From: a virus
Taxonomy: Duplodnaviria; Caudoviricetes
Length of the DNA: 64,000 nt
Strand: one strand, 5' to 3'
IMG/VR virus record: IMGVR_UViG_2593339225_000003
Coordinates: 1-64,000 of that record
Both the position numbers and the translations under genes were made by a program. Every line of letters starts with the position of its first letter. Position 1 is the first letter of the stretch. Below the pieces are notes generated by a model, which was given only the letters and a program-made list of their open reading frames with translations, did no database searches and was not told where the DNA came from. Below, piece after piece: positions 41,088 to 51,783 of the stretch.

Positions 41088-42734
41088 TTACTTTTTATCG
41101 GAAGGTGACGGCATATTATTGCCGTTGTTTCCTTGTGATTTAATTGTATTTTCAGTAGGATTATCGGTTTCTGGTCTACCACCCTTATTATCTGTTTTTG
41201 ATAACGTAAAACTTGTTTGGTGCGGAGGATATTTTTCCGCAAACTTTTCTTCTTTTTCGTGGTCTAACAATGCCGTAAATACTTCTTCTGATAATCCGCA
41301 AGCCGCCGCCCAAGCGGTTATTGAACCATTGCCTTGTAAATATAAATCCTTAAAATCAGCAACTTTTTGCTTTTGATTTACACAAGTAATAGGCAAATAG
41401 TTCACTTCTGCTTTATTATTTCTATCTTTAATAATATTTTCAGCAATACATTTATTTAATTCATTGGCTATTTGCTCAACCCATTGGCAAACTTGTCTTG
41501 TAATCAATTCAAGGTTCTGCTCTTGCGCGGCATAACTACCACTGCCAACACCATTTAATAAAGCTCCCGCGACACCAAGTCCGAGAGACATTCTGTCATT
41601 TAAGTTTTCTTCATTTTTACTATCAAAAATATTAGTATTACTTGTGTCAAGCATATTGATTTTTGTGCCAGCAGCAACAGAAACAACCGTTGAACCACTC
41701 TTATTCTGTTTAGTCAAAATAGCGTTTTTAACGGTTCTGTGCTGATTCTCTTGCTGTTTGGTTGTCAATGCGCTTGTACCCTTTTCCTTACCTTCCGGAA
41801 ATGTTTGATAAAATACTTTATTATTGATTTCATCAAGTACGCCACGTTTTGTAGCAATAAAATAATCATTATATAAAATGTCATTGATTGCAGCTAATAC
41901 AAGTGGTCTACCATACGGCTCACTCATTTCACTGCGTATTTTATGAACAAGTGTATTCTTTACGTTTAACACGACCCAATTACCATTTTCCTTAAATCCT
42001 TGTTTGTCTCTTTCGTAATAAGCATCTCGGATTTCTTTGGGGAACTTTCTTAATTTGCGCTCAACAGGTTCATTGGAATTAAGTAGAAAATAATCCAAAT
42101 TAAAAGCTATTTGATAATAATTATTTCGTCTATGTATAATCCGAGTGAAATCAGTTGGCAATGGAATAATTGATGCTTTAATTTCTGCATCGTTAATTTC
42201 GACAATAGAAGAAATGTCAAAATCATTGTAGTATTTTTGATTACTTATCGGTCTTTGCGCCGTTTCAAAATAATAAAAGGCAATTCCGTCTACCATACCA
42301 CGCCATAAAGCATCTCTAATAAATTCCTTGTCTTTAATCATTTTCAACGTTGAGTTCATTGCTTCCTGATTTTTCTTTTTCTTAGATTTACTTTTTCCGC
42401 TTGTAGAAATAACCTTGTCCAATGTCAACATTGCAGTAAGGTAATCTACGGTATGAGTATAAGTGCCATTTGTGTTGTATAACATACGCGCAATTTCACG
42501 GAGTTCTTTATTATGCCCCATTGGGTCACGTATCATCGCCATAAGTTGTTTGGTATCATATAACTCCAATATATCCAAACCAAAATAATAGTAAGACAAT
42601 GATTGGCTTGTTGAATATGAATTAAATTCAGCAACGGGGGCGGTAGAAGATATCTCTATGCTATTTGTTTCAACAGGCTTTGAATTATTATATGGTCTAT
42701 TGTTTTGATAGTATCTTTTCTTTTTGTTCGACAT
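41088..42734 (-). CDS. Portal protein
   Basis: 548 aa after terminase; EPYGRP motif and C-terminal GGRP. Confidence 0.8.
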   Translation of the reverse strand: MSNKKKRYYQNNRPYNNSKPVETNSIEISSTAPVAEFNSYSTSQSLSYYYFGLDILELYDTKQLMAMIRDPMGHNKELREIARMLYNTNGTYTHTVDYLTAMLTLDKVISTSGKSKSKKKKNQEAMNSTLKMIKDKEFIRDALWRGMVDGIAFYYFETAQRPISNQKYYNDFDISSIVEINDAEIKASIIPLPTDFTRIIHRRNNYYQIAFNLDYFLLNSNEPVERKLRKFPKEIRDAYYERDKQGFKENGNWVVLNVKNTLVHKIRSEMSEPYGRPLVLAAINDILYNDYFIATKRGVLDEINNKVFYQTFPEGKEKGTSALTTKQQENQHRTVKNAILTKQNKSGSTVVSVAAGTKINMLDTSNTNIFDSKNEENLNDRMSLGLGVAGALLNGVGSGSYAAQEQNLELITRQVCQWVEQIANELNKCIAENIIKDRNNKAEVNYLPITCVNQKQKVADFKDLYLQGNGSITAWAAACGLSEEVFTALLDHEKEEKFAEKYPPHQTSFTLSKTDNKGGRPETDNPTENTIKSQGNNGNNMPSPSDKK

Positions 42735-42748
42735 TTTCTACCTCCTTT

Positions 42749-44638
42749 CTAATTAACAAAAACGCCCACTTCATATTCTTGAATATTATTCATTAAATCT
42801 TTTTCAAGTTGTGTGAAAAACATATCCCCGTAAGAAACGCTGGTATATCTATCTTTGCGATTTTTACCTTGTTCGTGCACAACAATCACGCCAGTTTGTT
42901 CTTTTCTCTCATAAAGAAGGCTTGTAGTTTCACTTATAAGTGCTTGCGTTTCTAAATATGGAGATTCGTAAAATGCTTGCATTTCTCCATCTTCGGCTTC
43001 TAAGTATTCCTTAATGTTTGGCAGAATATCCTCTTTTGCCTTTTCAAAAGTTACAGGCAAATCAATTCTCTGCGCTTGCAATGTTCCTTTGAAATTCTGA
43101 GCAATATCACTGTTTAATTTTTGAGTTGCATTTACAGCATAAATACACTCTTTTGCTCCTTCTACATAGGTCATTGCTTTATATTCATCATTATTCATAC
43201 AAGCTAAAGGGGAATATTCTTTCCCACGTTCTTCGTCATACATAACCTTTGATAACAAAGAAAGAATTGTTATACCGCCATTTCTTGTGTCCAATACTAT
43301 GAAATCTGCGCCGAAATCTTCATATAATTGTCTTATTCTCAATGCTTGCTTTGTAACATCTCCACCTTGCATTGAATCAATATATGAAACCACTCTACGA
43401 TAACCGTTATCAATAGTGATAGATTCTTGATTTTCTCTATGGATAGTCGTGGCTTCCGGTAAACCTCTCATACAAGTAAAAATAGAATTATCGTTATTTT
43501 TATTTGTAACAAAAGCTATATCGCAGGATATTATTCTTACCTCATTCTTTTGTTTTGGAATATCATAAGGATTTTTCTTTCCCATCCTAAAATCAATTAA
43601 AGTGCGTGGATAGAAAGGATGCTTATTTACTTGATTTTGGCTTAGTAACTTATATGAGAAATAAGCTGATTGGTTATCTTTTAAGCGACAATTCTTAAAC
43701 TCTAATAACCAAGTAAGCCTATCTTGTTTTTTCTTCTCTTTTAATAAATCTTCGCGCTTTTTAATGCCAAAATACAGAGCGACGGTTTCATCAAAGGCTA
43801 ACAGGCAAGATGGTTTTCCATTAAGCATATCATCAAATGCCATATCAACTATTTCCCACATCCAAGTATCTTCTCCGCCATTATCAAAATAGCTTGAACT
43901 AATATATATATCCGTTGCATCCTCTTGCAACTCAGCTACTTTTGAGTAGAATGGTGTAGATAGATAGGGAGTAGGTCTAATAAATTTGAACGGCGAAAGA
44001 ACACTATCATCAATCCATTTTGGAATTTGACGACATTCCTCTCTTACTATGTCCGTGGCTCTATATCCGCGTGCAGCATCGGAGGCTACAACGACGTTTA
44101 TTTTGCTTCCGTTATAAAAGATTACTTCAACATTGTTGTTATTTGTAATAATCTTTTTTATCTCTCGTTTAAGCACCGGCGACCAAGAACATAATTCCTT
44201 TTCAATTTTCTCCGACACCAGTAATTTTGCCTGATTTTTCGTTCCCGAACAAAGCACAATACTTGACTGAGGATAAAGAATAGCCTTACAACAAGCGTAA
44301 ATCGCAATAACAAATGATTTAGCACTCGCGCGGCTTGCGATACAAACAAATGTATTATTAACCCCCATCAAGTAAAGCATTATCACCTGATACAACTTTA
44401 GTGATAGTCCGAGATAGTCAGTAGCAAACCTATGCAGATTTCTCCGCCAAAAAGTTACCCACAATAAAAAATGCCCCAAGAAATTCGCATCGCCCAAAAG
44501 CGTTGTACTTGGGAAATTCTGAGATAACATTTTCTGTTTCTCATCTGCGTGTTCGTAGAGTTTTTTCATTACGCGCGGGTCAATCGTAACTACCGTCTGT
44601 TTCTTGGCGGTCTTTGTCGTACTAATCATCTTCATCAC
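42749..44638 (-). CDS. terL: Terminase large subunit
   Basis: Walker A ASRASAKS, ARGYRA, Walker B IVREE; RNase H-like ISCDIA and KDRY. Confidence 0.9.
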   Translation of the reverse strand: MMKMISTTKTAKKQTVVTIDPRVMKKLYEHADEKQKMLSQNFPSTTLLGDANFLGHFLLWVTFWRRNLHRFATDYLGLSLKLYQVIMLYLMGVNNTFVCIASRASAKSFVIAIYACCKAILYPQSSIVLCSGTKNQAKLLVSEKIEKELCSWSPVLKREIKKIITNNNNVEVIFYNGSKINVVVASDAARGYRATDIVREECRQIPKWIDDSVLSPFKFIRPTPYLSTPFYSKVAELQEDATDIYISSSYFDNGGEDTWMWEIVDMAFDDMLNGKPSCLLAFDETVALYFGIKKREDLLKEKKKQDRLTWLLEFKNCRLKDNQSAYFSYKLLSQNQVNKHPFYPRTLIDFRMGKKNPYDIPKQKNEVRIISCDIAFVTNKNNDNSIFTCMRGLPEATTIHRENQESITIDNGYRRVVSYIDSMQGGDVTKQALRIRQLYEDFGADFIVLDTRNGGITILSLLSKVMYDEERGKEYSPLACMNNDEYKAMTYVEGAKECIYAVNATQKLNSDIAQNFKGTLQAQRIDLPVTFEKAKEDILPNIKEYLEAEDGEMQAFYESPYLETQALISETTSLLYERKEQTGVIVVHEQGKNRKDRYTSVSYGDMFFTQLEKDLMNNIQEYEVGVFVN

Positions 44639-45530
44639 CGTCTTGTATTGAATATTCTTCGTCCTGCTCGTTCGTGCCGAACTGTAAGTTTTTCAATGGG
44701 CGCGTGAAGAAACGTTTAATTATCTCGCCAATTCCGTCAAAGTCTTTATATAACTTTTGGTCTTTGTAAAACTCTGAAGGAGTATATTTTTCAATAGTCG
44801 CAATAGAAACCCCTGTAACAAAATCCTTGCTTTCAGTAGTGTCCTTAACGGTTTTTAATCCCGCCTCTTTGAACGTTCTAAGGTATAATTCAGACATATC
44901 CTTATATGTCTTTATATCGCCTTCCCGCAAAGATTTCATTTGTTTCATATAGGTATAACACAACGTCGTAATAAATATTTCTTGGTTACTATCGCAATTC
45001 GGGTTTGAATTTTTGAGGAATTTATAGTGAGAGTTCAGGATTGAGTAATCCATAAGGTCAAATCCGACTCCCCACTTTTCCAAATCTTTAGGGTTAATCT
45101 TTTCATCGGGTGCTTCTTCTTGTACATTGTCATATTCGTCAACGATAGCTACACGTTTACCTTTTACTTTCTTCCTGTCTCCCGACAATTCAAAAATGCC
45201 ATCGTTCAAAGAATCCTCAAAAGTTTTCCCGCGATATTGTGTCATATTTAATTTTCTGAAATAGTTTCCAATAACTGTTTCGTTGTTGGTATCGCAACTA
45301 TCGAACATATCCTCATTAAAATATATATCAAATAACATACACATTCTCTGCATAGCCATTTTGTTGCTTTTATATAGATTTCCGTATTCCCAAAATTTGT
45401 GGGAGAAACAATCCTTGCAAATCGGCAACATAGAATCTGTATATAAATTGCTATATGTTTTATAATATTTATTTAGTGCCAGCGGTTTACCGCAAGCGCA
45501 GCAAACCCGCTTTTCGTTTTGCTTCGGCAT
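44622..45530 (-). CDS. Terminase small subunit-like protein (N-terminal Zn finger)
   Basis: CCACG...PICKDC; overlaps the terL start. Confidence 0.55.
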   Translation of the reverse strand: MPKQNEKRVCCACGKPLALNKYYKTYSNLYTDSMLPICKDCFSHKFWEYGNLYKSNKMAMQRMCMLFDIYFNEDMFDSCDTNNETVIGNYFRKLNMTQYRGKTFEDSLNDGIFELSGDRKKVKGKRVAIVDEYDNVQEEAPDEKINPKDLEKWGVGFDLMDYSILNSHYKFLKNSNPNCDSNQEIFITTLCYTYMKQMKSLREGDIKTYKDMSELYLRTFKEAGLKTVKDTTESKDFVTGVSIATIEKYTPSEFYKDQKLYKDFDGIGEIIKRFFTRPLKNLQFGTNEQDEEYSIQDGDEDD

Positions 45531-45604
45531 ATTTGCCGCACCTCCATCTCAACTAATTTCTGCAATTTTAACTAAAAAGAGCCACCCAAACGGGTAGCTC
45601 CGAT

Positions 45605-46210
45605 TTAATCATCTACATTATCATATTGGTTCAATATGTAACTGAAATAATCCAAAGCAGCACCTATTGCTTGAACTGCAAGCCTGCGTTCGCAGTTTGA
45701 ACAATCTTCGCAACATTCGCCGCAATCTTCGTCATCTTCTTCAAAGAAATCATAAATTTCGTCGTCCTCATCGAAATCGTAAAGACCGTCAAATTCGTCA
45801 TCAAGAAGAACGCTATATATATCATCGTCGTCATCTTCGTAAACGATTTCATACTGTTCGCAATTATTACCGAGCGCAATTTTATTTGAAACATCACCAT
45901 CAAATAACATAATGTCTGTTTCCGCACTCAGCATTTTGCCCTCATCCATAAAAACAGGAACAATACTTAACACAAATTCGTTAGTAAGAGTAACATAATA
46001 CTCTTTTTCATAATCTCCGTGGATAAAGATAACGCCAGTTTTAGTTTCATCATAATCAATAAGCCATTGCCACAATTCTTTCGCGCCTTCCTCAAAAACA
46101 ACTGCGGTAATGGTCTTTCCGCCCTCGGCAACATCGTACATATGGCAACCGAGGTCTATAATGCTATCAAAAGTTTTTTCTTTCATTTTCTTATCCTCAC
46201 TTTTCAGCAA
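45605..46210 (-). CDS. Highly acidic protein with a Cys cluster
   Basis: Asp/Glu-rich C-half followed by CGECCEDCSNC. Confidence 0.55.
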   Translation of the reverse strand: MLKSEDKKMKEKTFDSIIDLGCHMYDVAEGGKTITAVVFEEGAKELWQWLIDYDETKTGVIFIHGDYEKEYYVTLTNEFVLSIVPVFMDEGKMLSAETDIMLFDGDVSNKIALGNNCEQYEIVYEDDDDDIYSVLLDDEFDGLYDFDEDDEIYDFFEEDDEDCGECCEDCSNCERRLAVQAIGAALDYFSYILNQYDNVDD

Positions 46211-46490
46211 TAATATTTTTTATTGTATCGCTTACCTTACACCTAACAACTTTTGTTGCGGGGAATAATTCAATTTGATTTGTCGCGGGATTTCTCGCCT
46301 TTCTCGCGGCGCGGTCTCTAACTTCCATACTTAGGAAGCCTTTCCACAAAATTCGCTTTTCCTCAATCAGTGCATCGGTAAATATGTCAACGAGCGTATC
46401 GCAGACTTCCGAATATTTTTGCGTAGTTTCCTCGGTAATATTTCCGTCAATTCGCTCGGCTAATTGTTTAACAATCTCATTCTTTCCCAT
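46197..46490 (-). CDS. HU/IHF-family DNA-binding protein
   Basis: MGKNEIVKQLA; KGFLSMEVRDRAARKARNPAT arm motif. Confidence 0.85.
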   Translation of the reverse strand: MGKNEIVKQLAERIDGNITEETTQKYSEVCDTLVDIFTDALIEEKRILWKGFLSMEVRDRAARKARNPATNQIELFPATKVVRCKVSDTIKNIIAEK

Positions 46491-46504
46491 TTTTCTCTCT
46501 CCTT

Positions 46505-47758
46505 CTAATCAAGTGGAATATCGCATAATGCTTTCACTCTATGTTTTTCTGTAACCACAGTAACGGTTTGCTCTGGTGTGCCGACAAGTCTTGAGTCTAT
46601 TGTGTAACTATCCATTCCGTCAACACAACCGCTCTGAATAACCTTAACATCGTCTATGGTTTCCATCGAATTTGTGTGTCTATGTCCTAAATAACACATA
46701 TCCGGCAGCGGCAATTTAGCCTTCCGCGCAAAATTAGTCATATGATAAACCACATTTTTGACGGTATCTTTGTCGCCGTGCGTGGCATAAACCATATGTC
46801 CTCTAACCATAAAAGTAGCTATATCGCAATCAAGATAATTACTGACAAATTCAACATTCTCAACGTTTTTCAAGTCTTTCCCGCAAATGTAGGGAACTAA
46901 TAAATCAAAATTCTCGCCTTTTATGGTTTCTTCTTTACTCGCGGTTGAGCGTGAATGATTTCCTGCGGTTGTATGTACTTCGACTTTATTAAAGACTTTA
47001 CTCAGTTCATAAATGAAGTCGCTTATCAAATCTGTAACGACCATAATCTGAGTAATAATATTTTCTTTGGCTTCAATCCGCGCATTTAAGTGGATGATGC
47101 CGCTAATATTGTCGCCGCCCAAAATCAGGTAAGCATTTTCCGACTGATACATTCTTTGGATTTCAATAATCTCATCGAGATATTTTTGTAAACGCTCTTT
47201 CAAGATTTCAGTATTAAACTGATTCATTGGCGAATTGATATTAACTCCGCAATGAATGTCCGTTAAATGAATAATCAGGTCGTTATCGCCCTTCCGCGCA
47301 GTTGGCGGCTGATAGTCAAATCTAATCGGGCGGTATTCTTCAATGGCACGTTTTACAATATCAAACATTGATTCGCGACGAGCTTGTTCGCGGAGTGACT
47401 TGTTATAAGCTGTGCGCTCGTCGAATAATTGTTGCTTTGCTTTTCTGACCTCTTGCTTGGCTTCTCTTAATTCCTCGATGTACTGCTCTTGCGAAAAATC
47501 CTTAAACACGCCAGATTCATAAAAACACTTTGCTTGTTGATATGGTTTCCTATATGCCGCTTCACTACGATAATCTGAAATATCATCTCTAAATTCTTTA
47601 TTCATAATATCGGCAATATCGTCCCAACTATATTCAACTAATCCATTGTCTTTGGCTTGTCCAAGTCGCCATAAATAACTCTGTTCGTTTTCATCCTCAA
47701 ATCTTCTAAACAATCTCTTTCCACCTTTCTTGAAGTTTAGCGGAAAGAATATCCGCAA
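46505..47758 (-). CDS. Calcineurin-like metallophosphoesterase
   Basis: DIH, GGD, GNH, THGD and GHRH motifs; real start probably near 47713. Confidence 0.85.
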   Translation of the reverse strand: MRIFFPLNFKKGGKRLFRRFEDENEQSYLWRLGQAKDNGLVEYSWDDIADIMNKEFRDDISDYRSEAAYRKPYQQAKCFYESGVFKDFSQEQYIEELREAKQEVRKAKQQLFDERTAYNKSLREQARRESMFDIVKRAIEEYRPIRFDYQPPTARKGDNDLIIHLTDIHCGVNINSPMNQFNTEILKERLQKYLDEIIEIQRMYQSENAYLILGGDNISGIIHLNARIEAKENIITQIMVVTDLISDFIYELSKVFNKVEVHTTAGNHSRSTASKEETIKGENFDLLVPYICGKDLKNVENVEFVSNYLDCDIATFMVRGHMVYATHGDKDTVKNVVYHMTNFARKAKLPLPDMCYLGHRHTNSMETIDDVKVIQSGCVDGMDSYTIDSRLVGTPEQTVTVVTEKHRVKALCDIPLD

Positions 47759-47760
47759 AC

Positions 47761-48387
47761 CTATAAAATTTCATCCATATCACAATCTTGACCGACTATG
47801 TAATCCACAACACCAATATCTTTGCCTTCTTTGGGTAGGAAATACCATTCTCTCCGATAATTATTGTCGAAGCTATCCCCCGAAATCGCGGATTGTGCAA
47901 TAACATAATCTTTGGTCATCTTCTCGATTTGATTAATTGAAAAATCTAAATAGTCTTTCACTTTTGCTGTGCTGTTAGCATCTGAACTTTGCCCGTCGTG
48001 CAATAGAAATTCACTGTGCGGGAAACTAAATCTCTTATGACCCGCCATAAAAACTAATAAAGCCATAGAGAAACACATTCCCAAATTGATTGTATAAACG
48101 GGCGTTTTTGATAATTTGATACAGTCAATGAGTGAAAAACCGTCAATTACTGAACCGCCGGGGCTATTTATATACAGCCTTATCGGTTCTCTATCTTCAA
48201 TGTCAATATCTCTATCTAAACGATTGCAACGCATAATTTGATATACAATTACGTCAACCGCGCTTTCGTTTATTTCAGAATTAAGATAAATCCTTCTATC
48301 AAGATTATCTTCCATTATGAATTTATCGTTATAATCATAAGAAAACGATTCTTCTATATCTCGCATTTCTTCAATATTCTCAACCAT
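47761..48387 (-). CDS. clpP: ClpP-family protease
   Basis: LYINSPGGSV, GMCFSMA (Ser), FLLHD (His). Confidence 0.8.
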   Translation of the reverse strand: MVENIEEMRDIEESFSYDYNDKFIMEDNLDRRIYLNSEINESAVDVIVYQIMRCNRLDRDIDIEDREPIRLYINSPGGSVIDGFSLIDCIKLSKTPVYTINLGMCFSMALLVFMAGHKRFSFPHSEFLLHDGQSSDANSTAKVKDYLDFSINQIEKMTKDYVIAQSAISGDSFDNNYRREWYFLPKEGKDIGVVDYIVGQDCDMDEIL

Positions 48388-48397
48388 AATGTATCTC

Positions 48398-49834
48398 CTA
48401 TAAATGTATCATCATTCCCTTAAAGGATTGAATGACACGATATGTTTTATCATTTTTTGATATTTCTTCTTCTAATTTCTCAGCCAAACACTTTTTAGCA
48501 TCTGCCGCGCCGTGTACCAAAACCAATTTGTTTGTATTCAGCGAACTTCCGTATTCCACCAAATCGTTGAAACTTGCGTGGCTACTGAAAGTCGTGAGAT
48601 TTATACAATCCGCGCGGTTTGGCACTTGTTCGCCATTTATCTTAATGAACTTGTTATCACGATAATTCTTAATCCGATAAGACAAGTAAGATGGGTTATC
48701 GCCTGTGTAACCAGAAAAGATAACCATTGAGTTTGGGTCGCGTAAATATCTTTTCAAATATCCGACAATTCTGCCGTTCGTGCAAAATCCAGAAGAAGAA
48801 ATAATTATCTTTGGCATACGGTTTGCAATAACATTGTTGGATTCGTCTTTATCTTCAATGAAATGCACATTCTCCCATTCAAAAACTTCCCGCCATTTTT
48901 CAGCGTTATCTCCATCGAGCAATCGTGAATACATTCTTGATATTTCACAACTCAACATTGAATCAATAAAAATAGGCGTACAGAAATTCTTCTGTGCGCC
49001 ATAAATTTCGTATAATGTTGTAAGTAATTCTTGTGTGCGGCTAAAACTGAAACAGGGGAGAAGTACCGTACCTTTGCGCTCGATAACTGTATTTATCGCG
49101 GACTCAAGCAATTTGATGTCATATGAGCGTTTCTTTTTGGTTTGCCGTTTAGCCAATCCGTAGGTACTCTCTAAAAGACAAACATCTATGTGCCGGCTCG
49201 GAATTTCAGTATTCGTAACATAATGATTTTTGGATTTTAATGCTCCGATGTCTGACGTATATAAAACTCTTTTCGTTGAATTTTTGTCGCGGAGTGTTAG
49301 TAACAACTGAGCCGCGCCAAGACAATGAGAATTTCTTAACCATTGAAAACTTACATTGTCGTTCAAAACATAATCTTTGTTATATTCGTTATATACCTCA
49401 ACCAATTCCAATGCTTTGTAAACATCTTCTTCTTCGTATAGAGGCTTATAATCTCGCTTGTATTTTCGAGATAAAATCCGTGCTTCTTCTTTAAGTATTG
49501 CACAGGAGTTTAATAACATTGGTTTTAGCAATTCCGCAGTTTCTTTTGTGGCTATAATTTTACCACGAAAACCCTCGCGGACTAATCTACCTATGCAACC
49601 TGAGTGGTCGATATGAATATGATTTAGGAAAACAAAATCAATTTCTGAGGGTTTGAACTGATATTTCGCGGAATTTGCTCGATATGATTCTATGTAATCG
49701 TTAGATTGAAATAATCCACATTCAAGCAAGCATTGGGTATGTCCGAATTTAATAAGATACTGAGAACCCGTTACATCCTCGGATGCCTTTCCCGTGAAGA
49801 ATATGCCATTTGATTTTAGTTTCTTTTTAGCCAT
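48398..49834 (-). CDS. MBL-fold beta-CASP ribonuclease
   Basis: EDVTGS, HIHIDH, HCLGA, YTSD, LESTYG, SRTQE, FSSHA and LVHG motifs. Confidence 0.9.
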   Translation of the reverse strand: MAKKKLKSNGIFFTGKASEDVTGSQYLIKFGHTQCLLECGLFQSNDYIESYRANSAKYQFKPSEIDFVFLNHIHIDHSGCIGRLVREGFRGKIIATKETAELLKPMLLNSCAILKEEARILSRKYKRDYKPLYEEEDVYKALELVEVYNEYNKDYVLNDNVSFQWLRNSHCLGAAQLLLTLRDKNSTKRVLYTSDIGALKSKNHYVTNTEIPSRHIDVCLLESTYGLAKRQTKKKRSYDIKLLESAINTVIERKGTVLLPCFSFSRTQELLTTLYEIYGAQKNFCTPIFIDSMLSCEISRMYSRLLDGDNAEKWREVFEWENVHFIEDKDESNNVIANRMPKIIISSSGFCTNGRIVGYLKRYLRDPNSMVIFSGYTGDNPSYLSYRIKNYRDNKFIKINGEQVPNRADCINLTTFSSHASFNDLVEYGSSLNTNKLVLVHGAADAKKCLAEKLEEEISKNDKTYRVIQSFKGMMIHL

Positions 49835-49843
49835 ATACGCTCC

Positions 49844-50029
49844 TTATGTGAGTTTTTTGGCTATGTCTACATATTTGTCCTCTAAGTATCTTCTGTGGCG
49901 GGTACGATAAAATCCTACGATGTCGCCGTTTTGTTTAACATAACCTCTTGTTGAATTGCGGATAACACCTTTTTCAATTAGTGCTTCCATTTCCTTTTTT
50001 GTTATTTCTTTCAATTTTGGTGTAACCAC
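49844..50029 (-). CDS. Small basic hypothetical protein
   Basis: 61-aa ORF between the tRNA cluster and the MBL gene. Confidence 0.5.
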   Translation of the reverse strand: MVTPKLKEITKKEMEALIEKGVIRNSTRGYVKQNGDIVGFYRTRHRRYLEDKYVDIAKKLT

Positions 50030-50057
50030 CTTTTGTAAATTTAGCTTTCGCTATGTT

Positions 50058-50131
50058 TGGAGCTGAAACCGAGAGTCGGACTCGGATTAGTAGGTTACAA
50101 ATCTACGGTACTACCATTATACTATTTCAGC
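50058..50131 (-). tRNA. tRNA-Thr(UGU)
   Basis: Acceptor stem GCTGAAA/TTTCAGC, anticodon loop TT-TGT-AA, encoded CCA; atypical T-loop TCCGACT. Confidence 0.75.
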
Positions 50132-50149
50132 ATATTACCCTTGCGGGTA

Positions 50150-50954
50150 TTAAGCGGCATTTCGATAATATGATGAATGTCGCGGGATATTATATTTATC
50201 GCACCATTTACGAACCGCATTGTCTGTTACTCCATATATTTTACCGACACTTACAAAAGAATTTTTTGATAGTAAATCAATTAATTCTTTCTTACTTGGT
50301 ATATATTGAATTAATTGTTTGTTATAACAATCAGGACATAATAGTGTTTTGCATTTTCCACTTAATTTTTTACCACACTGCAAACACGCATAATCTCTTT
50401 TTACTCTAATAGAAACATCTTTATTTTCTTCTTGCCTTTGTGCAAAAGATTTTTTATTGTTTTTTATTGCAGTTTGCCTAATCGGGTATTGTTTATTGTC
50501 ATCTTTCCAAGTATTTCCAACATTTATTTGAGAGATTGTATTAAAATGCAGTGAATACTTTTTTGCAATTTCATTTTCAGTTAAAATGTTTTCTTCTAAA
50601 TCAACAATTATTTTATTAACAGTATCTTGATTTAATTTTTTATAGTATAGCATATCGCCTCCAGCAGTGAGATTATAACCATTTGGATATTTGGTGTTAT
50701 ATTTAGCAATATAATATATTTCTTTTTCTTTTAATTCTTCTTTTTTATATCCTTCGATAACCTCAAAATTAAAATTGTTAAATCCAAAATAGTTAAGCAT
50801 ATGATGAAAGTAAGAATTTTCTGTTGATTTACCAGTATCTCTTTTGACATCACTCTTATTTTTTATGTTGATTATATCTTCTTTTTATATTTGTACTTTG
50901 TCCAATATAAGATTCACCTGTTATTTTGTTCGTAAATTTGTATATTCCTATCAT
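50150..50954 (-). pseudogene. GIY-YIG homing endonuclease, frameshifted in an A6 run
   Basis: MIGIYKFTNKITGESYIGQS starts at 50954 and stops at 50856; removing one A at 50859-50864 joins it to ORF 50150-50800 (YNLTAGGD, Zn finger, HTH). Confidence 0.75.
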
Positions 50955-51134
50955 AATAAAACTTCCTTTCTGCAAAAAGATATAAAAAAACAAAGTTAGT
51001 AATTGTTGTTGCAGCAACAAAAAGAGAGCGACTCTCTGTCCTAACTTTGTATTTTGACAAATGTATTCGATTGTGAACAAAAAACTTTCGATTTCTAAAA
51101 ACAATAGAAACAAACGATGTTTAATAAAATATCA

Positions 51135-51169
51135 AATCAGTATAACTCTACCAACTGAGCTACACGAGA
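51135..51169 (-). pseudogene. 5' fragment of a tRNA gene
   Basis: TCTCGTGTAGCTCAGTTGGTAGAG (acceptor 5' strand plus D-arm) right after tRNA-Asp; no T-arm or 3' half found. Confidence 0.55.
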
Positions 51170-51174
51170 ATATA

Positions 51175-51250
51175 TGGCGGCTCTATGGGGACTCGAACCC
51201 TAAACTCCGCCGTGACAGGGCGGTGCTTTAACCAGTTAAACTATAAAGCC
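51175..51250 (-). tRNA. tRNA-Asp(GUC)
   Basis: Anticodon arm CCGCC-CTGTCAC-GGCGG, GGTTCGAG T-loop, CCA end. Confidence 0.9.
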
Positions 51251-51253
51251 ATA

Positions 51254-51341
51254 TGGTGGGCAGGAAAGGATTTGAACCTTTGAATCGTTGCCGAAACAGT
51301 TTTACAGACTGCTTGCTTTGACCAGACTTGCATACCTACCC
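51254..51341 (-). tRNA. tRNA-Tyr(GUA)
   Basis: GCAGT-CTGTAAA-ACTGT anticodon arm, long variable arm, GGTTCAAAT, CCA end. Confidence 0.9.
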
Positions 51342-51344
51342 ATA

Positions 51345-51420
51345 TGGTAGCGGATGCCGGAGTTGAACCGTGCGCCACTCGATTGAAAGCCGAGTATCTT
51401 GACCGCTTGACTAATCCGCC
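51345..51420 (-). tRNA. tRNA-Glu(UUC)
   Basis: CTCGG-CTTTCAA-TCGAG anticodon arm, GGTTCAAC, CCA end. Confidence 0.88.
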
Positions 51421-51783
51421 ATTTGATTGAACTATTATGCAAAATATGTAAATCGCGGGAATTGCACAATCAATTACATCTACTCATACAACGATTAAAT
51501 TGTAAAAGCAGATAGTTAGTCTTTTTTATAATGTAGATAATGTAGAAGGATGATTGTGTTTAGCCGCGTTGTTTTAAGATGCGCCGACGCAGCTTTTGCC
51601 GCGCCAACGCCAATTCTGAAAGAGAAAGATAAAGAAATGAGAGTATAAGTGGGTTATCCCCCACTCATATAAATAAAAGGATTCGTTTGTGTAAATTGCA
51701 CAAAATACCCTGTAAACCCTCTAAAATAGGGCGTTTTTGTTGTGAAAAATGCACAAATTTCTTTGATTTCTCTCATATTTGCG

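Noticed and set aside
50132-51134. Group I intron in the broken tRNA containing the GIY-YIG gene
   Set aside because: No P3-P7 core and no matching tRNA 3' half were found after the ORF.
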